Source: the human T2T-CHM13v2.0 reference genome, Homo sapiens
Strand: one strand, 5' to 3'
NCBI RefSeq assembly: GCF_009914755.1
Contig: NC_060940.1
DNA length: 64,000 nt
Shown here: positions 52,956 through 64,000 of the stretch, piece by piece
Position numbering within the stretch: the first letter of the stretch is position 1
Layout of the letters: every line of letters starts with the position of its first letter
Notes under the pieces: generated by a model
Database searches by the model: none
Told to the model about the DNA's origin: nothing
What the model saw: the letters and a program-made list of their open reading frames with translations, nothing else
Program-made: the position numbers and the translations under genes

Positions 52956-53012
52956 AGTGTACAACTCAATGGTTTTTAGTATATAAAGAGTTATTGGTAC
53001 AATCACACACAC

Positions 53013-53143
53013 TTTTTTTTTTTATTTTTAGAGATGGGGTCTTGCTGTGTTGTCCAGGCTGGTCTCGAACTCCTGGGCTGAAGTGATCCACCTGCCTCAG
53101 CCTTCTGAGTAGCTGGGACTATAGGCACACACCACCATGCCCA
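53013..53143 (-). mobile_element. Alu monomer (FLAM/FAM-like)
   Basis: Antisense monomer. Confidence 0.78.
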
Positions 53144-53694
53144 GTTTAACAAAAAAAAAAAAAAAAAAGAAAAAGAAAAACTACATAGCCATGCATTTCA
53201 GAAAAATTTTCCCCAGATCTCCAAGTGGACCAGCTGAGACTTGATGGGATCTATATGTTTTCTAAAACTAATGAACCTGAACAATACCTGAATATCATGA
53301 CCTCTGAACTCAAACATTGAGACTGTATTTATTTTTGAATCCCTAGACTGTTCTTTTTCTCTCTCCTAAGGAAATTGTAGCATGCTAGCAGCATATGATT
53401 TACTATCCAAAGTGTTAAGAGAAATTTCTTGGTTTTGGTTGATTAGAAAGATTGAGCTAAAGCAGATTTTGTAACATTCAAGAAGCATCATCTGTCAGGA
53501 GACCCACCCAGCCTGTTGAAAGATAACAAAACTGCCAGGTACACTTGGGAATGGGAATGAATGAGAGCCCAGCTACACCATCTGTTTACTTGCATTCACT
53601 TGAGCAAATGACTTTGGGCTCAGTTTCTTGATCTAGAAAATGGGATTAAAATACCTGCAATCAAGATTGTTACAAGACGTATATGTTTGATACA

Positions 53695-54010
53695 ATGATT
53701 TATTCAACAGTTTTTATTGAGTGCCTACTACATGCCAAGCAGTATTCCGGACACCTAAGACATATCACTCTTCAAAATACACAGTGATTTCAATCTTCAT
53801 TCCATTCTAGAGAGAGTAGACAGATAATAAATGTTATGTATAATCAATAAGTAAAGTATCTAGTATATTAGACAATGATAAGTGCTATGGAAAAAAAGAA
53901 AAAGTAGAGGAAGGGAAACTGATCAGGATTATAGTCTTAGGCGGTGGGGCCGTTGCAGTGCTAAACAGGGTATCAGGTGAGTCTCACTGAGGAGGTGACA
54001 TTCTAGTAAA
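53695..54010 (-). mobile_element. L2 3' fragment
   Basis: ttattcaacagtttttattgagtgcctactacatgccaagc...gataagtgctatgg...ctcactgaggaggtgacatt. Confidence 0.65.
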
Positions 54011-54119
54011 GACATTTTATTTTTCTATATTAAGATTTTTCTTAAGGAACATCTTGGTCATTTGAAGGGGGCTGATGATGACAGTGATGAGGATGAGCAT
54101 CAAGGAAATAAGAAGAACA

Positions 54120-54521
<402 letters not shown>

Positions 54522-54559
54522 TCAGATACCACCCTGCCTTCTGGGCATGGGTAATCTGG

Positions 54560-54895
54560 TGGACACAGACATCAGTGATTACAATTACAGTCCACTAGGA
54601 TGGGTGCTATGGGAGCACCTTTGAGGAGTCCCTTGGTCAAGTTCGGGTATTGGCAAAGATGTCCTGGAGGAAGAAATCCTTGGAACTGAATCCAGAGAAC
54701 AAGTAGAAATTAAGCAGGTAAAAAAAGGCAGAGGTGAGCATTTCAGCAGAGGGAGCAGCTGTGCAAAGGGCGTGAGATGGCCTGACATGTTTAGGAAGGT
54801 TCCAAATGCTGGAGTAAAGGGGTGGGGGGTTAGTGGTGGCAGAAGCTAAGGCAAGAAAGTGCAGGTAGGGGCCACATCATGAAAGGCCATGTTAC
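54560..54895 (-). mobile_element. L2 fragment
   Basis: gcatttcagcagagggagcagctgtgcaaagg...gggccacatcatgaaaggccatgtt. Confidence 0.55.
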
Positions 54896-55064
54896 TTTAT
54901 AGCCTCCTGGCTCACAGCAAGAATCAAGCATTGCTTATTTAGCCTTTGGAAATGAAGTGCAAATAGGTAGTAGGTTGTTTGCCTACCATGGGTGCTGACA
55001 CAAAGAAAAGCATCGTTTGTGACCCTAGGACCTCCTTTATGTTTCAACCTTAAAACAGGTGAGG

Positions 55065-55472
<408 letters not shown>

Positions 55473-55712
55473 CTAGAGACCTGGACTGTTTCTACAGAAT
55501 CAATCCCAGGAATGTTCATGGTCATTAGCAAATTGTGAGCACAACAAGGGCAGAACCCATCTTGATTCATCTTGTCATACCCCCAATACCTATCACAGTG
55601 CTTGGCACATAGTGGATGCTAGGTGTTGGCTGATTAATACAATATTGAATGAAGAGCAGAGAAGGATGGTTGGGAAGGCTAGTTCCTATGTGTTTCAATA
55701 ATAGTCATAGCA

Positions 55713-56256
<544 letters not shown>

Positions 56257-56261
56257 TGACA

Positions 56262-56866
<605 letters not shown>

Positions 56867-56891
56867 TAACTTCTTTTAAAAAGTTACTGTT

Positions 56892-57571
<680 letters not shown>

Positions 57572-57922
57572 TTAGTTCCAGGGTGTGCTGGTGGAGAAGG
57601 AACTTGAGCTTTGGGAAACTTGTCTTTGCGAACAGAAGGAATTCTCCTTCGTGAGCATCTGTTATCTGGCAAGTATGCTAGAAGACACAAATAAAGGACC
57701 CAATCTCTTCCCTTAAGGAAGTCTCAGTAACTTGTGTGAAACGCAGAGGAGTAAATCAACAGTGGATAGGAGTGACACGATAGAGCCAGCACCAAGCTCT
57801 GGGGGACCCAGAGCTGGGACCCTGGGTTAACTTGTCAGGGCATCAAGAAGGTTATGTTGATCAAGTGTTAGCCAGGCAGAGGAAGAGAAGAAGCATAATC
57901 TATTTTGAGATAAAATTGAACA

Positions 57923-58881
57923 GCTTCCTTTCTGAGAAATCACCAAACTGGAGGATAACGCCAATGTGGCGGGAGGTCCTGGAGGCCCTGGGGACCCTAA
58001 ATGGAAAACTGCCATGGCTTCCTCAGAGGCTTTGGTAGCAGCATGCAGGACTGGGCTCGCAGCCATGGTCAAGGCTAGAGCTGAGGCTGTGGAACTCACA
58101 GAGACATGACTGAGGACAAGGAGTGGATACCCATCACCAAGCTGGTCCCTCTGGTCAAGGATATGAAGATCAAGTCCCTGGAGACCTATCTCTTCTCCCT
58201 GCCCATCGAGGAGTGTGATATCATTAGCTTTTTTCAAGGGGCATCTCTCATGGGTGAGGTTTTAAAGATTATGCTTGTGTAGAAACAGACCCACACTGGC
58301 CACCGCACCAGATTCAAGGCATTTGTTACTGTTAGGGACTATGATGGCCACATCAGTTTAAGTGTTAAGTGCTCCAAGGAGGTTACTACTGCCATCCAAG
58401 GGACCATCACCCTGGCCAAGCTTTCCATTGTCCCTATGCGGAGAGGTTACTGGGGGAACAAGATCGGCAAGTCCTACACCACCCCCTGTATGGTTACAGG
58501 CTGCTGTAGCTCTGGGCTAGTACACCTTATCCCTGCCCCCAGGAACAATGGCATCATCTCGACTCCTGTGCCCAAGATGCTGCTGCTGATGGCCGGTATT
58601 GACAACTGCTACACCTCAGCCAGGGGCTGCACTGCCACCCTGGACAACTTCACCAAGGCCACCTTCAATGCCATCTCCAGGACCTATAGCTGCCTGACCC
58701 CCAGCCTCTGGAAAGAGACTATTCACCAAGCCTCCCTGTGGAATGCACTGACCATCACATCAAGACCCACACCAGAGCCTCCATGCAGAGGACCCAGGCT
58801 CCAGCTGTGGTTACAGCATAAGCTTTCATACAAGAATAATAGTGAATTACACCTGTTAAAAATAATAAGCAGAAGAAAATG
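57923..58881 (+). pseudogene. RPS2P45: Full-length processed pseudogene of ribosomal protein RPS2 (uS5)
   Basis: 5'TOP-like cttcctttct; start codon mutated to CTG (57948); ...KDMKIKSLE..., [11 protein letters not shown]..., [18 protein letters not shown]..., TAA at 58819-58821; internal TAG at 58280 and frameshifts; intronless; TSD AAATTGAACA at 57913-57922 and 58882-58891. The RPS2 origin is firm; the pseudogene number is from recollection only. Confidence 0.93.
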
Positions 58882-60063
58882 AAATTGAACAAACCAGCCA
58901 CCGTAGTCCCTTCTAAAGCGACGTGGTCTGCGGGCATCAGTGCCCTTCCTCTCTGGCTATAGCTCTTCGGCATCTGAAGAAAGTTATCCTAACTATTGGG
59001 TGATCCAGATTTGGGCACTGTCTGCTATGATGATGCCAGCTGGTCGGGAAGGAATATAAAGTATAGGCTCAACCCTTCCACAGTCACTGTACTGGGAATT
59101 CAGGCTTTTCCTCTCTGTTGATGTCAAGAATTAACCTGTAGATAACATTCTTTTTTTTTTCTTTTTTTTTTTTTTCAATTTTTCCTTGTTCTTGTCAAAG
59201 GCTGTGTCGCTTAAAACCAAATCTTGATAGATTCTTCATCTTTATCACTCTCTATGAGAAGTAAATATGATTTAAGTGAACCACAGTGAGAGGCCTGTCC
59301 TCACTACAGCAAATAAGATGTGTCCCAGGTGACAAGTCCAGTCTCCTTTTAACATGGTGCCCAGAATTCCACATACCTGAGCTTTGGGGGCTGATACAAA
59401 GCCACTGCCTCTGATCCCACGGAATGACCTGAATTTACTATCAGTTTTGCCACAATCAGTGCAGTTTGAGGATACGTAGACCCCTGAGATGAGGCCTGAG
59501 ATAGATGTTCTGGGAAACCCCAAGGAAGCTAAAGTACCTGCCATGGTTTCTTTCATGGCAGGTTGAGTAAGCCAAGCTCCTGAGAATGATTGGTCACATT
59601 GTCTTTGCTGTTAAGGTTTCTTGGTTTACAGATGGTGAAGTTGCAGACAAGTTAGCAAACCAACTGAATTTTAATAAAGGAAGCTTTAGGAAAATGGATG
59701 AAGATGCAGTTGGAAAATTAAAGTCATGCTTCCTTGATACATACCTCAATTCTGGCAACTTCTCACTTGGAATTTTCCAAAGTCAGTTTTTGGTAATCTT
59801 GCCATTTGTATTATCTTTATTTATATAGTTCTGGTTATGCTTGGTGTGTGCCAGCTGTTTTGGGAGTGATGTTTTTCCTTATTTCTCTTGGCTCCTGTTA
59901 AGTGTTAAATTGCTGAAACTGACCTTTAATGCTTCCAAAGCAATCAGCATCTTTCTCTCTGGATGGCTTTTAGAAGTGGACACAGTTTACTGATTTAGCC
60001 AGTGAAGAGAAAGCTTTCCATAGTGTGGTTTACTCAGAGCAGGTGACAAAAGGATGAATTTCT

Positions 60064-60357
60064 GGCTGGGCCCAGTGGCTCACGCCTATAATCCCAGCAC
60101 TTTAGGAGGCCAAGGTGGGCAATCATTTGAGGTCAGGAGTTTGAGACCAGCCTGGCCAACATGGCAAAACCCTCTCTCTACTAAAAATACAAAAATTAAC
60201 CAGGTGTGGTGACAGGCACATGTAGCTACTCAGGAGGCTGAGACAAGAATCACTTGAACCCGGGAGGCAAAGGTTGCGGTAAGCTGCGAGCATGCCACTG
60301 TACTCCAGCCTGAGCTACAGAGCAAGACTCTGCCTCAAAAAAAAAAAAAAAAAAAAG
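60064..60357 (+). mobile_element. AluS
   Basis: Full dimer with A tail. Confidence 0.88.
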
Positions 60358-60973
60358 AATGGATTTCTGCCCTCTGAGAGGACTTAGAGTATAGAAATAA
60401 TACACCAGTTCATCATCTATCTATCTCACCAAGGCTTTTAGAGGTAGAACTCAGTGTTCATTATGTCGTTGGGGTTGGAGGTGAGAGACTAGCCGTGAAG
60501 TGACTTTTCCAGCCTGGATACATAGAAGAGAGTGGCCTACATCCTCCCCACTTCTAGTGTTGGACAAGGGGTCTGTCCCATTGGTCTGCTGGAGAGCAGC
60601 ATTACAAGCTGGTTATGGGTGCTTGACCTGAACTGAAGACTGTTCTTATATTTAGATGATATCCGTAAGACCATATTAAAATTCCGATGCTCAGAAAGCA
60701 TTTTGCGTGACAGACCATTATACATTTCACATGATTTGGTCCTGGTGACAGAGGGGTTGAGGAAGTTTCCCAAATGCTCTTCTGTTCTCGGGCCTCTTCC
60801 TGATTGTCCTGGATGGCTGACTGCAGATGGGTTTGGTGGAGTCTGGCGCATAAGTCACTAACAGCCCGTAGCAAGCAGGAGGCTATTTCAGCTGATCTCA
60901 GCAAGGCTTGTCATAACTAGCTCCTCTCTCAGTCATACCTTCAAGGTGGCACAGGGATTCAAGAATTGGCCTT

Positions 60974-61518
<545 letters not shown>

Positions 61519-62440
61519 TTAATGCACAAATGCCCAACTGTGAGAGCCAGCCTTACACTGAGAGCTGAGGTGGAAGCATGACCCGCTCAGCAAAGAGAGG
61601 CAGGACAGAGGTGACAAAGGCAGACACCAACATGGTTCTAGGCCAGGGAGCCTTGGTCTTCCAAACGTGGAAGCAGGGGCCCAAAGCTAAACGTAGAGGG
61701 GAGCAAACATAATGCCTAAGACCCTCTGCTCGGTCCATGGCCTTGGGCTGGCTTCCATAATTTAGCCATCAGACCAAATAAATTTTACTTCCCTGTGTCA
61801 AGAGGGACTCAGACCTATCTCTAACTTGTTTCTCTGGTTTCAGCTCTTACCTTGTAAATACTAAGCCTGAAAGTGGAGGTAGCTATTATATTGTTGCCTA
61901 TTTGGAGGTTGCCCAAGGAATTCCTCTTAGGACTGAATTGCTTCTACTGTTAATGCCACAGGCATGGAAGCCACTGCTGGCCTTAGGGTGGGGGGTCCCA
62001 GGTCAAAGGCAGAGCAGCTTGCTGGGTCTTACTGAAAACAGCCCCCAAAGGGTTGGACTCCTCTGGGATTTTCCTTCACTTGCAAGCTGCATGTTTGTCT
62101 GATAGATGCACAAGTTGATTAAATGCCAGCGCATCACAGACGCAATTATGCTTAAGAACAAGCTAGTTCTTCTAATCTCTCTGCCATCACTGATTAATTA
62201 GATACTTTGAACTATGCCCAACTGTTTGAAAGCTGTGAAAAATACAACCTGTATAGTTAAAATTTCTGCACAAGCCTATTTCCTCACTTGTTCTCATATT
62301 CACCATTCTTTAAACATGATTTGTATTTGTACGTGTTTCTAAACACAGTCTGGCTATTTTCCTATCATAATTAGATATCCTTCCACTACTGGCCAAGAAA
62401 TATATTCACACAGTAAGTCCAATAACAAAAGTATGTGAGA

Positions 62441-62736
62441 GGCCAGGTGCGGTGGCTCATGTCTGTAATCCCAGCACTTTGGGAGGCCGAGGCAGGCAGA
62501 TCACCTGGGTCAGGAGTTCGAGACCAGCCTGGCCAACACGGTGAAACCCTGCCTCTACCAAAAAATACAAAAAATTAACCGGGCATGGTGACACGCGCCT
62601 GTAGTCCTACCCACTCAGGAGACTGAGGCACCAGAATCGCTTGAACCCGGGAGGCAGAGGTTGCAGTGAGCCAAGATTGTACCACTGCACTCCAGCCTGG
62701 ATGACAGAGCGAGATCCTGTTTCAAAAAAAAAAAAA
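62441..62736 (+). mobile_element. AluS
   Basis: TSD aaaagtat(g/a)tgagag. Confidence 0.9.
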
Positions 62737-63054
62737 GTATATGAGAGACCAGTTGAATAAGTTAGACATACCTTCAGATTGTTGCTGCCATTGGTCACAC
62801 TTTCAAAAATTTTTTTTTCTCTTTTTAAAGCTTACATGAATGCCTCAGAAAGGTTTGTTGTCATTCTTGTTAATTGTATCTCTTCATTGAGATTTTAAAA
62901 CATTTTTCTGCCTACCAGGAGCCAGGCAAGGGTACAGTGGCTGTTACATTCAACTGTTTGATTTTATGACATAATTAACTATATATCAGTTTTGCAAGTA
63001 ATTTCCAGTCTTTCTTTCCTGTGTTAGTATGGTCTTTTAAAGTAATTGAGCGCT

Positions 63055-63999
<945 letters not shown>

Positions 64000-64000
64000 T

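Noticed and set aside
58436-58882. 148-aa ORF as a functional RPS2 paralogue
   Set aside because: It is the 3' half of a processed pseudogene with a lost start codon, upstream stop, frameshifts and TSDs
59272-60904. ORFs 59272-59556, 59586-59828, 60537-60851 and 60602-60904 in non-repeat DNA
   Set aside because: No recognisable homology, and lengths are within chance expectation

Overview
Human/primate intronic DNA in which Alu elements make up roughly a third of the sequence (about 80 full or partial copies). The only supportable protein-coding feature is one 152-nt internal exon on the + strand (47121-47272; [51 protein letters not shown]). I recognise it as a late exon (probably exon 16) of TANGO6/TMCO7, so the rest of the window is two large TANGO6 introns. 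These introns hold three retrocopies: a U6 snRNA pseudogene (-), a disabled DUT (dUTPase, nuclear isoform) processed pseudogene (-) and a full-length RPS2 processed pseudogene (+). They also hold an ~8.7-kb MER41-family ERV1 provirus (-) with an intact 3' LTR, a mostly deleted 5' LTR and a 4-bp TSD; solo THE1C, THE1D and LTR27-like LTRs; and L1M, L2, MIR, MLT1 and Tigger/MER DNA-transposon fragments. Nearly all ORFs in the supplied track are Alu/L1/LTR translations. I see no convincing new coding system. The most unusual observations are: (i) two independently inserted, head-to-head AluY copies ~195 bp apart that share an identical non-consensus 30-nt linker; (ii) a 23-nt orphan polyadenylated insertion with a triplicated target site; (iii) a multi-layer insertion stack on the DUT retrocopy; and (iv) candidate cryptic exons and enhancers in Alu-free islands. 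Repeat subfamily calls and most repeat boundaries are by-eye estimates.
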